Source of the DNA: Antedon mediterranea
Taxonomy: Eukaryota; Animalia; Echinodermata
DNA: 64,000 nt
Direction: 5' to 3'
Assembly (NCBI RefSeq): GCF_964355755.1
Contig: NC_092673.1
Coordinates: 31,369,648-31,433,647 of the forward strand
In this document: one piece after another, positions 12,801-25,500 of the stretch
Layout of the letters: the number at the start of each line of letters is the position of its first letter
How positions within the stretch are numbered: position 1 is the stretch's first letter
Translations under genes and position numbers: made by a program
The notes under the pieces: model-generated
Told to the model about the DNA's origin: nothing
What the model saw: the letters and a program-made list of their open reading frames with translations, nothing else
The model's database searches: none

Positions 12801-15800
12801 GAAATGTAATAGGCCTCGGCCTTATAAGTTATTTACACAGCTAATTAGTTTGTTGGGTGGTCAACAAAATGTACCTACCCGGGTAAATAAATAAGCCTGC
12901 AAACGAGCCGCGTAACGACCTTCTCCTACAATTCGATAGCTGATGTTTCCTAAATATCTGAACTAAGAGAGATTATTTGGGGAGTTAAGTTCAGTTATAA
13001 GTAGAAAGCAAACAGTCTCTAGGATTTTCAGAGAAGGTTATTTGAGAAAAATTTCGTCAACAGGTCCTAAGTGTCCCTGTTCTCAAGTTTTTTTTATTTT
13101 GTTTTTTCCTAAACGTAACGTAACTTATACATCACTTACTTATTACATCATTTTTACTTATTATTACTTATTACATTATTATTACTTATTATTATACCAA
13201 TTAATTTATTTACACAAGCCTGATAGTTCAAGTATTCCAGTTCCTTCCGGAAAACTTCAAGCTAAATGGATAGGTCCCTTTGCTATCCATTTTATTTTAG
13301 ACCGTACACATTACACATTATGTACATTAGACGGACAGGTTCTACAGGACGTTTTCAATTATAATAGATTGAAACCCGCATTTATTAAAAGTTCTTCAGA
13401 AAATTAAAGCAGAAGTTATTGACTAAAGAAAAATCTGAAACTGTTAATATACCTCAATGTTATTTTACTGATGAAACAGGTACTGAGATTACATTTCAGA
13501 CTGATGAACATCACGTTTACAGTCGATCATGAAAATACTGATATGATAGATATTAATGCTTATGTTGCTTTGTCTGAATCTAATGATGGTTTAGCCGCAC
13601 CTATAGCACTGACTCAGTCCCAAAAGTTAACTTTGATAAATACATTTGAGGATATTCCTCAAACAAGTATTGAGTTCATGAAAGCTAGATTTAAAGATGG
13701 TAGACTTCAAGTATTAGTTAAATTGTCTACAAATGTTTTATATTGGTGGAATATTGACCAGTATTTAGATTCTATCCCAGTTGTTAAAGCGATTTTGCTC
13801 AATAACATTATTTTGTGCATAGGTTCTCCACGCAAGTATGTTAGAAAAATATATGGTTCATAATGAGATTCTTAGAATAATTTTTTTTTAAATATTGATG
13901 GAAGTTATTTGACTATACAGGTTTTCCCGTTCACTTAGTGAAAGATATAGTTGTTATGAGTTTTAGCATCGCAAGTATTTACACTATTGGGATAAGAGCG
14001 AGTAGTTTACTTGTACGACGAAAGAATTCTATCTACACTCGTTTCTTTGGGCTCCCCAGTACATTATTATCTTGCTGATACCTATACTATAATAATGATA
14101 GTCGTTTATTGTATATTTGCTCCATCATGTTTAGTTCGATTCGCGATATCATACTTCCGCTTTTTGATATTATCGCAAAAATGGCGTAAAGCGTATCGAT
14201 CAATGGATGTTGTTAAAAACAGTTGTTTTAACCCACTTTTCTCTTTTATAATGTTTATGATGTTTAAGATGTTTACAGTTTACTGGTGTTTTCTTAGAGT
14301 TCTTTGAACTTCTGATTTTCCAAGCAAAATCACATTTTTCAGGAGGATGTCATGTTATTGAAAACACCTAATATAATACTGTAACATACATGTCTGAACA
14401 ACACCCCTGGATGACTTGTTTTGACATATTCTTGTCTGGCTGACTGCCTTGAATGGTGTTTACCCGCGTATAGTTGGGACCCAGACAGTGGCTTGTTACT
14501 AATAATAGTCTAGTATAATAATTGTTAAACACTCTCACTTTGACTCTCACTCAGGAGAGATTGCAGAGAAAGAACCAGGAGATAGACAATAAATGACAGA
14601 TCACTTATGATTGTCTATAATGTTATTATTAATACTAATAGTCTGCAGAGTACAATAACATCTAATCATAATATTACTTATTACATCATTATTACTTATT
14701 ATTACTTTACATCAGCATGCAATTGGCAACAACATCATTTTAGCGCTCATGATCATAAACTCGACGATTAAAAGATTGTTATAAGCTTCAACTCAATCAA
14801 CTTTCTTAATGTAAAATGGACATGTTCATCTTCAACACCAGTTTGAAATATTAATGTTTCTCGATTCAATGGTTATTGCATGTTAGGTGGACCTGGACTC
14901 GGTGTTTTTGGATGCAGTCTTATCGCAGCCGAACTTGCATACGGATGTTCTGGTGTGCAGTTGGTTCTTGAGGGTAACACTTTGACGGTAAGTGCGATGA
15001 CGTTACTGGTGTAAAGCTATCAAATTTTATGTGACCAAACAAAAATGTGATATTTCCACGTATGAACACGATGACGTCATATAACTACCATATTTGAGCA
15101 CATCACATTTTTTTGACAAACTAGTAAGAAGCTATAGTTAACAAGTATGTGGTAGACATTTAAGTAATCCTGCCTCATATATTACTTTTGCCTTTTTCCC
15201 GTAAATTGGCGAAACAAGTTATATGGCATAATTATATTAATATCCCATTAGATGAAAATGTTGCCAGAACACTTGTCAAAATCAATTTGACGAAGTATTT
15301 ATTTAGTAATATGTAAGTTGATTTTGCAGGCATCACCAATCATCATAGGTGGAACAGAAGAACAGAAAAAGGAGTATCTTGGAAGACTGACATCTGAACG
15401 AGTATTTATGGTAATGTCTCCTTGTAACTACCCAGAGCTTGATTGATTCTTTTTGCAATAGTAACTCCATTGGTATGTAATCTCCGTTTAATGTGTTTGA
15501 TAACTTGTCATTCTATTACTGTTTGTTCTTTAGTCGTATGCCGTCACTGAACCTGGTGCAGGTTCTGACGTCAGTGGAATAAAAACAAGAGCTGAAAAGA
15601 AAGGCGATGAGTACGTTTTGAACGGAAGTAAAATGTGGATAACGAATTCTGGTGTTGCTGAAAGCTTCTTTGTTTTGACACGGACGGCTGAAGATCCAAA
15701 GACATCTGCTGGTAAAGCATTTACAGCTTTCATGGTTGATGCAAAAACCCCCGGTCTGACAGTTGGAAGAAAGGTTAGTAGACCACTCTGTTGAAAAGCA

Positions 15801-17631
15801 ATAGAACCATGGGTCGTTCGGCTTAAAAACCTCTGGTTTGATAGTTAGAAGTAAGGTTAGTAGCCCACTCTGGAAAGAAGCAATGGAACCATGCTTCTTT
15901 TTCGGCGTAAAAACCTCCGGTCTGACAGTTCATGGAAGAAAGGTTAGTAGACTACTATGGAAAGAATATTAGCAATGGAACCATGGGTCTTTCGGCGTAA
16001 AAACTCCTGGTCTGACATTTGGGAGAAAGGTTAGTAGACCACTCTGTTGAAAAGCAATGGAGCCATGGTTCTATGTCGTAAAAACCCTGGTCTAAAAGTT
16101 GGAAGAAAGGTTACCAAACCACTCTGGTAAAAAGAAACACTGGAACCATGGTTCTTTCGACGTAAAAACCCCTGGTCTGACAGTTGGGAGAATGGTTAGT
16201 AGACAACTCTGTTGAAAAGCAATGGAGCCATGGTTCTTCGTCGTAAAGAAAGAAATTCATAAAGAAATTTTAGTAGACCCTTTGGAAGGAAGCAATGGAA
16301 TCCTTTTCGACGTAAAAACTCCTGACAGGGTAGAAGAAATGATTAGGAGTTTAGAACCATAATGGTTATTATTTCAAATGATTTCCAAAAGATTAAAGGA
16401 AGAAACTAAAGTATTAATAACTTTGTTAATTAGGAGGATAACATGGGTCAACGAACCAGCGATACTCGTGGGATTACATTCGAAGACGCAGTTGTACCAA
16501 AAGAGAATGTACTCGGCGGTGAAGGAAATGGCTTCAAACTCGCAATGAAGGCGTTTGATAGAACAAGACCGATTGTAAGTTGGATATTTGAGGGCATATT
16601 GTAGTATGGGAAATAATTTAACTGCATTGTGGGAAATAAATTGTTAGCATTGATTATGGTATATCGAATGGTTGGGAGATGGATGAATGAATTACTATAG
16701 TATGAAAACAATTGAAATGTCCATATGACCTTATTATTATTTAATTGTATAGAGTTGTTGAATGTATGCACGAAACTGACGAGTAGATAATTTCTTCGCA
16801 CATAATTTAGCTTACTTAAAGTTTAATCTTACTCAAAAGCAATATAATAATTATTGTAAACATTCATAACTCTTTAAAATGTAAAAGGTTGCAGCTGCTG
16901 CCACAGGTGTTGCCAAAAGAGCTCTAGACGAATCAGTCAAATATTCGCTTCAGAGAAAAACAATGGGTGTCTTTATTGCTGAGGTAATTTTTTAAAATTT
17001 TTTGCCAAAACGTTGATTGTCATAAAAACTACGTAGGAAAGAGAGGGGTTCTGTAGTAATGAACAACAAAAGAGTGTGGTAATTAGACATCCATTTGAAT
17101 ATGTGCTATTCTGGTCCGGTGTTTCTTTTTTTTCTCTGAAAGTTATGCAATAACTACTATTACGTCATCTTTTTTCCATGCAGCATCAAGCGGTCTCTCA
17201 GATGTTAGCCAACATGGCAATCGATGTTGAGGCAGCAACATTGTTGATGCTTCGAGCTGCCCAAGGTACGGATGATGGAATATTGGCACCTTACGACGCG
17301 TCTATTGCCAAGGCCTATGCTGCTGACGCTGCCATGAGGTGTTCTACAGATGCCGTTCAGATTTTTGGCGGGAATGGTTATAATAAAGAATATCCAGTGG
17401 AGAAACTTATGAGAGATGCCAAGATTTATCAGGTAGCTATACTTACTGACATCCTACAATAAGCTATCAATCATTATTCGTGTAGTTTGACAGGGTATGA
17501 ATATTCATAAAGGTAATTAATATTTTATTGATCTGATTTTTTAAAAACAGATTTATGAAGGAACGGCACAGATACAGAGACTCATAATTGCAAGAGAGAT
17601 TTTAATGAAAGCTAAAATGATGAACCAATAA
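9871..17631 (+). CDS. ACADM: Medium-chain acyl-CoA dehydrogenase paralogue A (diverged), 11 exons, 416 aa
   Basis: Exons 9871-9900, 10973-11036, 12294-12391, 12669-12738, 14887-14987, 15330-15410, 15534-15773, 16434-16574, 16888-16983, 17184-17432, 17551-17631. All introns are GT-AG and the total is 1251 nt in frame. Motifs [50 protein letters not shown]; AATAAA at 17822. Confidence 0.9.
10163..10326 (+). mobile_element. Penelope-like/retrozyme-type repeat with minimal hammerhead core
   Basis: CTGATGA-A-GGGC(TAGTGTT)GCCC-GAAA-GCTC followed by CCATTGAGATCCAGCCACTGATACCCACAGC, set in (TA)n. A second, decayed copy is on - at about 57795-57995. Confidence 0.6.
10350..10720. mobile_element. Head-to-head inverted pair of tRNA-derived SINE-like repeats separated by (TA)n
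   Basis: About 10420-10544 and 10587-10715 are reverse complements. A T-arm CCGAG-TTCGAGT-CTCGG (tRNA-Gln-like B box; full stem in the minus copy, clipped in the plus copy) is followed by TTTTT. Another copy lies at 58015-58107 (-). Confidence 0.65.
12086..12238. mobile_element. Harbinger-like MITE
   Basis: TIR AGGCCAACTCAGACAGCGTCGTACG / CGTACGACGCTGTCCGAGTTGGCCT with TWA flanks; decayed copy at about 30083-30248. Confidence 0.8.
13210..14714 (+). mobile_element. Gypsy-like LTR retrotransposon remnant (integrase C-terminus, downstream ORF, probable 3' LTR)
   Basis: [10 protein letters not shown]...YTL...FNYNRLKP is a GPY/F integrase module. A purine tract AGGAGGA at 14341 is followed by TGTCATG (14348), with a CA end near 14714. 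Located in intron 4 of ACADM-A. Confidence 0.65.
15742..16340 (+). repeat. Tandem repeat of ~80-87 bp, about 7 units, spanning the exon 7/intron 7 junction of ACADM-A
   Basis: Unit AAAAACCCCTGGTCTGACAGTTGGAAGAAAG|GTTAGTAGACCACTCTG...GCAATGGAACCATGG. Confidence 0.9.
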
Positions 17632-18694
17632 ATATTTAAATAAATATGCTTTTGCTAATTCAGACAGTCCGCCTAAGCTGCTCGTCGAAGAAGAACATTA
17701 TCAGTCTACCAAACTGCTGTTAAAGAACATTTTCTTACATCACATATAAGTTATTTCCGTTTCATTTTAGAAACTGAGTCCATATTAAAGATTACTATTA
17801 CACCAATGCCATTTTTAAAAGAATAAATTTAGTAAAGAATACCGTTTTTTGTTGATGTTTTACAATCGGCGCCGTGACTGTTTAGGAGTATGATATTCGG
17901 CCTAACACTTAGGCCATCCTACGTGCGACTTTATTTTGACTCGCCGGGTAGGCCTACTCTAACCAAAGCAACGCTATAACAACAGGATGCTAGCTAGCTC
18001 CGGAGATCAAAGGGTTTATCTGTGGCTGAGCACGATATCAGTTCCACGACCATTAATAATATAACCAGAGCCACATATGGCTCTGAATATAACATATACG
18101 GCGCGCCGCTAAGAGTATGTACACAAATTAAGTAGGCCTACTGTTAGTTTTGTCGCATGCCATACATAAGATCAAAAGTCTGTTATCGGAGGTCTAATCT
18201 TGGCAATGCGAGCTCCATCTTTCTTTTATATACGATTACGATAGGCCTATTTATCTTGGTTCAGTGGCTCGATAATGAAACTTACGAATAAAACTTTCAC
18301 AATTACTGTGATATTCCACCGGCCGAGTCACATGTATTTAAATTAGTCGACATAATGATTTGAATAAAATGTACATAGATCACAATAAAATCTAATTAGT
18401 ATTAAACATGAAAATCGTCTGCGTGAATAAAAAATGAATTATTGACACGAAAAATTTGATTAAAAAGTAAATAACAACTGTTGTACCCTAAATTTTTTTA
18501 ATGAAATTACTGTAATATTCAAGCCATTCATGAGTTTGACAATAAAGTTTATTGAATTGAATTGATTGAATAAATGAAATATTGATGAATATTCATGAAG
18601 AGACTTAATTCCAGGGTCGATGAATCGTGGACGTGGAAGAAGTCATTGCTGGATTGTGCTTCTAATCAGTGTGTAATAAAAACGACGTTGAAAG

Positions 18695-21600
18695 ATGATG
18701 GCATTTCGGTCTGCACTGTCTACAAAGGTAAATTTGTGTTTTATGTTCTCTTTATGCATCGAAAGTATTTTAAAAATGACATATAATCACTTATGTTGCG
18801 ATCTATGATATTTTTTACAGAAATTGAGATTGCATTTTTGTTAACTTGGAAGTTTGTGACTGAGCTAAGCCTAGCTAGCCTAGGCTAGGCTAGGCCGTAG
18901 GCGTAGGCGTAGGGTGTCACTCTCCCATGCTTCTTGTCAACAGTGAACAAGAGAGAGATGTGTGACCTGCCTTCTGTAAGCTTGGCGACAAAAGATCTAA
19001 AGGGCCTAAGATTCCTAAGTGCATTTCCAAATGATATTCTACTACTCCCCTAACTAGCTTAGCGTAGGCCTAGGCATTATTTTGTAGGATAGGTATGGAT
19101 GGAATGGACTAGGCCTACTGCAATAGAACTTGAAGCTAATAATTTATTAATTATATAAAAACTACCAACCAGAGACAAGTAGTACTACACTAGAGTAGTA
19201 CTAGTAGGCCTAGCTAGGCTATTGGAAGGCTTGAATTAAAAAATTTATGCTGGTATTTCATAGTTTGTTTAGGCCCTACATCAGTACCAGTTGTTTCTGT
19301 TATGTATGCAGTTATTTTATTCAATACAAAGTTGGTTGAAAATGCTGGTCCGTTTCAGTTTAATTATTTGTATTCAACCACATTTCGAAAAATCACAGAC
19401 AAGGTGTTCATTTTAATTTTTTCAGCCAACCGTTACATTGGCACTGTGCCAATAAAAAAAGACTCGGGATGACCGCCATTAAACAGGAGGAATTTGTGAA
19501 CAGTTGGCTAACACAGTTTAAAAATATAAATGGCAATTCCACCTTTTCATTGTATCAGAAGATATTGTGTATAATCCCCACCCCCAACCCCACTAAAACA
19601 AATAAAAACTCTTATTTGCATTCCATACACCATGTAAATTTAAAATTTGTTCTAAAGCTGATTCTTCACTAGGCAAATAAGAAGGCGAATCGAAGGTGTC
19701 CGATTATACGCATGCATAGATAGGGATTTGGAAGATGGAAACATGAATACGAATGCGTATAAGCTGACATTTTCGATTTGCGCAAACAAATTCGACTAGT
19801 GGAAAATCGTCTTAATATTAGAGGAATACTATACAATGCGCTTCTTATCATCCATAGTAGAGTGTTTGCATTACAATAATGTATTTAATGTGTGAAGTCG
19901 GTATCTTTAACTGATAATGTTAACTGAAAAAAAAAATCTAAAGGGAAAATTTGTTATTTATACTGCATTTTATGTTATTATATATAGGCTTTAGGCCAGA
20001 CATTCTTGCGTTCTGCTGCTGTCCGATGCAAGGCTACAGCTACTGACCCTGCAACAAATCCACTGGCCGCTGGCATATCATTTGGTATGTAATATTGTTC
20101 ATTTTTTAAATTATCATTTTATGAACAGTTTGCCCGCTAATTTGATTTGATGTCTGCCTTAACAAAAACCCTGATTTCCATTTTGAAAGATGCGTTGTCA
20201 AACTCCATAAATAAATACACATTTACTATAATTATGAAAAGTAAAAAAATGAATGTGAAAAGGAGAAAAATATTATATGTATATTTTTTTTTTAATAGAA
20301 ATCTCGGATGAGCAGAGGGAATACCAAGAAGTGGCACGTAAGTTTGCCAGGGAAGAGATCATTCCCAAAGCACCGGAATATGACAAATCTGGTGAGGTAT
20401 GTAGGCACACAATATGAATATTTAATACGTTTGATGAACTCTGCTCCCCTATTTATTAAATGGAATATTCCATTTTTATCTTTTAATAACTACAGTATCT
20501 TAAGAGAGGATAACCATAATATATGCGGCTCTTATTCTTGCTATGCATTATAAGCATACTAAAAATATTTAATTTTTAAGTATCCAATGGACATAATCAA
20601 GAAAGCATGGGAAATTGGTCTTATGAACACACACATACCTGAGGACTGTGGTAAGTCTAATGGCATCTAATTACTATCTTGAATAAATAGAAATAATATT
20701 TTGAACATGAATTATTCTGGACTGTTCCATTATTCTTACAGGTGGACCAGGTCTTGGAATACTGGATGCTTGTATCGTAACAGAGGAGCTAGCATATGGA
20801 TGTACTGGTGTGCAGACTGCCATTGAGGCCAATTCACTTGGAGTAAGTCCAGCCTACCCTGAATCTATCACATGTACTAAATACTATTAAGGAGTAACTA
20901 AATAATGGTACATATGTGTGGCCAATAAAAAATAAATTAAAATTTTTCTGTCTTTATTTTTTTTCACAGCAAATGCCAGTCATAATCGCTGGTAGTGCGG
21001 AACAAAAGAAAAAGTATTTAGGTCGCATGACAGAAGCCCCACTTATGTGTGTAAGTATTTTGAAATAAACCAATTAGATTCATCACTATTTACAAATGAA
21101 ATTATATTGGTTAACTCAGAGAGATGTAAACATCTAACCCCAAAAAGTCATCAATTCATAGAAGTATTGATACAAAAAATATAATAATTAAATTAAGCTA
21201 TAGAATAGGTAGATATGCATAAACAAATAATAAATAGAATTCAATGACAAATAAAATGACAAATTGTTTTGAAATGAAAAAGAAATGTTTAAATGATAGG
21301 CCTATGGAGTAACAGAACCTGGTGCAGGCTCGGACGTCGCGGGATTGAAGACAAAAGCGGTTAAGAAAGGTGACGAGTATGTGATAAATGGCAACAAGAT
21401 GTGGATCACAAACGGAGGACATGCCAACTGGTACTTTGTGCTAGCCAGGACCGACCTGGACCCCAAGGCATCCACTGGGAAAGCCTTTACTGGGTTCATT
21501 GTTGATCGGGATACCCCTGGTTTGACACCTGGACGCAAGGTAAGGTTTTTACCAGATAGATTTAATAAATTCTATTTATAACAAAGATGATATTAAAAGT

Positions 21601-23561
21601 TAAAATAATTAGCAGTTATACTGCCAAGAAAAGAACTACATGCCACTGCTAATTAATGATTTAATATTTGTACATTAGTTATTGTCACCATTTCTTACGT
21701 TTATTGATAGACTTTGATTGATAAATATTGATTACCCTATATTGTTAGTTTTTTAGCCGTGCAATAGAAACCCTCCTTTGGGTCACCCAAATGTAGGGGA
21801 CACTCCCGTTGTTATATTCCTGTGAAAGAAACGGTCCACGATAGTGGTAATATATTTTACCCTACGCACAACCACTATTAAATTGGTTCCATGGTTTCTC
21901 CGTATTAACGGTTTTACCATGGAGTTATAAAATTAGATAGCTATGGTTTTACTGTTTTAAAGAAAGAAGCTAATTCTGTGTGGTATTTATCTAATAGAAG
22001 TATTAATTGAATTACATGAACCCTTTTAATGATTTTATTGATCTTCTAGGAGTGGAATATGGGACAACGTGCATCAGATACACGAGGAATAACATTTGAA
22101 GACGTAGTGGTTCCCAAAGAGAATGTGTTGGGATCAGAAGGGATGGGATTTAAGATTGCAATGGGTGCATTTGACAAGACTAGGCCACCAGTACGGTTTT
22201 TGTACAACTAATTATAACAATTTGGTCTTAAAATGACTACAATGAAAGAATATTTATTCTATGCCTAGTACTGTATATGAGTAAAGTAGGTATAGTAAAC
22301 ATTGGCTTAGGTCAAGGCTTCTGTAGATTATGTGTCATCCATACACAGGAAAGGCAGGATATAGCCTGGTATAGTGATGAGGTTTTTACCTGCCTAAGCT
22401 TGGTTTGAATATTTATGCCTACAAGTGAACCAGCAACCTCTTGCCTGTTTAGGAAGTAAATGCTTGCCTACATTATGCTATGCCTGGCTACTGAACTCAG
22501 CCCCAACCCCAAATCATTTCCTTGCCTACTCAAATATCTCCTAAATGTACTGTATTTTTCTATATAGGTTGCTGCAGGGGCAGTCGGCCTAGCTCAGCGG
22601 GCACTGGATGAGGCTACCAAGTACTCTATGGAGAGGAAGACAATGGGCAGGTACATTTGTGAAGTAAGTATTACAATCTACATTGAAATTTTACTGTATA
22701 TATAAAGTTTCATCTATTAACCATAATACAGTAGAACACCTTTTAAAAGGGCACACTTGGACGTAATAAAGTGTTCCTTTAATGGTGCTGTTCTCTGAAT
22801 AGGGGTTGGCTGTAGTGTTTAGATATATTACACCTTGTTTGTTTCTAGGAAAAAATTCTCCTAAACAGATGTTTTAATGTATTTACAATTCTACTATTCC
22901 TCAATAGCACCAAGCAGTGGCTTTCATATTAGCGGACATGGCTATTGGTATTGAGGCTTCCCGTCTACTGACGTACCGATCGTCATGGATGATTGATCAA
23001 GGCCAGAGGAACACGTATTTTGCGTCGATAGCCAAGGCGTACGCAGCCGACGTAGCGAACAAAGCAGCGACGGATGCCGTGCAAGTTTTCGGTGGAAATG
23101 GGTTTAACAGTGAATATCCAGTTGAGAAATTGATGAGAGATGCTAAGATTTACCAGGTACATATAAATTAAAAATTTACTTTTAATATAGAATTCTACAC
23201 CTATTTGGTAATTAATAGATACAGTATATATAACCTCTATTAAAAGGACAACTTTGGGACCCAAATAATGTCCTAATAGGGATGTCCACTAGCTAGCGGT
23301 TGGTTGTAGTGCTAAAATGTATATCGTCCCTCATTCGTATAGAAAGTGTCCCTTAATAGGGTGTTACAAAGAAGAGGTACTTTCCCTGGTATGGTTTTAA
23401 AAGTTTTTTAAAATATTGATTTAAAATTCCCTTTGATTTATTTTTGTTGCCTAAATTTTAATCATCTCTATTTATTTTGACAGATTTATGAAGGAACAGC
23501 ACAAATTCAACGGCACATAATTGCCAGAGAACTCCTCACCAAGGCTAAAGAAATGATGTAA
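18695..23561 (+). CDS. ACADM: Medium-chain acyl-CoA dehydrogenase paralogue B (canonical), 11 exons, 427 aa
   Basis: Exons 18695-18727, 19988-20084, 20299-20396, 20581-20650, 20742-20842, 20970-21050, 21300-21539, 22050-22190, 22568-22663, 22908-23156, 23484-23561 (1284 nt). [29 protein letters not shown] and IYEGT closely match vertebrate MCAD. Basic mitochondrial-type N-terminus; AATAAA at 24047. Confidence 0.95.
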
Positions 23562-23790
23562 CTATAAAACCAAGACTGTAAAACAATAAAAAACTGAAAA
23601 ATGAATATTAAAAAGGATAAATTGTATATAAATCAAGAATGTAATTTGCTTTAGTTTGTCCAGATACAGTAACACAGTAAATTAAAATGTAGAATACACT
23701 TCCTGCTATTCTTGCCCATAACTGTCTTTATTATTTTATATTTTTTATATTTATTTAGTAAGTTACTTGGTAAATTAATATATAACTAAA

Positions 23791-23952
23791 CACACTTTGT
23801 GACTAGTACACACACTTTGTGACTAGTGCACCCACTCTATGACCAGTGCACACGCTCTGGGACTAGTGCACACGCTCTGGGACTAGTGCACACGCTCTGG
23901 GACTAGTGCACGCACTCTATGACTAGTGCACACACTCTAGGACTAGTGCACA
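23791..23952. repeat. 20-bp minisatellite, about 8 copies, in the ACADM-B 3' UTR
   Basis: Unit CACRCTCTRKGACTAGTGCA. Confidence 0.9.
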
Positions 23953-24230
23953 TATTTTACATGGTTTCAAAATGGTACTTATATTTCCTGGTTTGTTATC
24001 TGTTTAAATATAATATTCAATGTTTTGTTTGTTTTGTGAGCAATTCAATAAAGAATTTATTTATAGACAAATCATTATACTATGAAACTCCTCATTCAGG
24101 ACACCTTTATTAAGAGATATGATGGGAAATATATATACATTACATATAATCAGTGTACCATGTCCCGCATACCTGGCTCAGCCTATATTATTGTGCCAGT
24201 TCTGCAGTACATTTCATTTCGAAACCTGAG

Positions 24231-24275
24231 CTGCACTGACGAGATCTAATAAGATCGAAACAGTACTGTCTGCAG
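24231..24275 (+). ncRNA. Type I hammerhead ribozyme
   Basis: Stem I CTGCA/TGCAG; core CTGACGA; stem II GATCT-AATA-AGATC; GAAA; palindromic stem III ACAGTACTGT; GUC cleavage triplet ending at 24270. It lies in a 132-bp insert (24149-24280) flanked by the 14-bp direct repeat ATACATTACATATA. Confidence 0.85.
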
Positions 24276-25430
24276 ATTGGATACATTACATATATACACT
24301 TTTCCCAACATTTTTATTTCATAAGTACAAATTGATACATACCTTTATTCTAGCAATTCTGACGAATTCATTTAACAACGATTTTTTATTTTATTCAAAT
24401 AGTGCAGATGTTTGGCCTCCATTTCGTGCAATCAATAACATGCGTTTATTCTTTTGTTAATATTTATATATAACTGATTTCTGTAGTAATAATTATGCAA
24501 CAGCTTGGGGTACAAAACTGATTATCATATATTCTAAAAGTCGAAATAAGTTGCTTTAATATTGTTTAATCGGAACTCTATGTGCTACAAAAAGAAGGCC
24601 TACAATGAATTAAAATACGAAGGTCTGTCAATGTCATTAGGCCTACTAGAGTAGAACTCCAATAGAGGACCCATTCTAGTAGAGAAAACTTCTTTTGGGA
24701 TAACTCCTATTCAAGGGACACCTTTATTAAGGGGACACTTTCCAATGAACCTTAAGAATCTACTGGAATAACAAAAATCTATTTATAAAGTCATACTACA
24801 CAAATATACATTTTTGGAAAAAATTAGTTTTGGATTATTATTTAAAAAAAAACAAATATTTTAATAGAAATATTATGAGAAAGGAGTCTAACGGTACCTC
24901 TATTTACTGCAAACAACTTCAAAATATGCCTTTCCACTTTTCTTTTGGCTAGAAATAATAATCAGGAAAAGGGATAGTCCTATGATTTACGATTTACATC
25001 CCGTTAAAGAACAGTGTTCGTGTTTCGAATTAAAACTGTATTAATCAAATATCCTCCCGAACCATTTTTACATGATTATTAGATGACATTCAGAAGCCCG
25101 GTGATTTTGTCACATTTAATTTAAAAGGCCGAAACAATTAGGGAAACCGCTCGCTCGTTTAATCATGGACCATATTTTTTTAACGATTTGTAGAAATATT
25201 AAAAATACATTTTCTGTGCCTACCAATATGCTGACAATTGATGTATGATTTCATTAATAATTAATTTAATAATTATAGCAAATATGAACGCACGCTTGAA
25301 CAAACTTGATAGTAAGTGCATATTGCAGATTGTCTGCTTAATTTCGCATAAAAAATACAAATATACGCTTACACATGTTTAGTAGTAGTCTGTAATAATA
25401 TGGCATGTACTAGAACATTTTTTAACTTAC

Positions 25431-25500
25431 CGAATTCTCCATCGCTCTCTAAGATAGGAGTCTCTTCGGTTTTAGGCTTTTCAGTCACCTTTTCAGCCAT
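25431..25500 (-). CDS. Putative alternative (distal) first coding exon of the same SLC44-like gene
   Basis: ATG at 25500 encodes MAEKVTEKPKTEETPILESDGEF+G and ends in phase 1 at a perfect GTAAGT donor. It resembles the SLC44A5 N-terminus (...EEEDFG). Confidence 0.5.

Noticed and set aside
23791-23952. CRISPR-like appearance of short repeats (also 39018-39153 and 15742-16340)
   Set aside because: Head-to-tail repeats with no unique spacers, in a eukaryotic genome with no cas genes.
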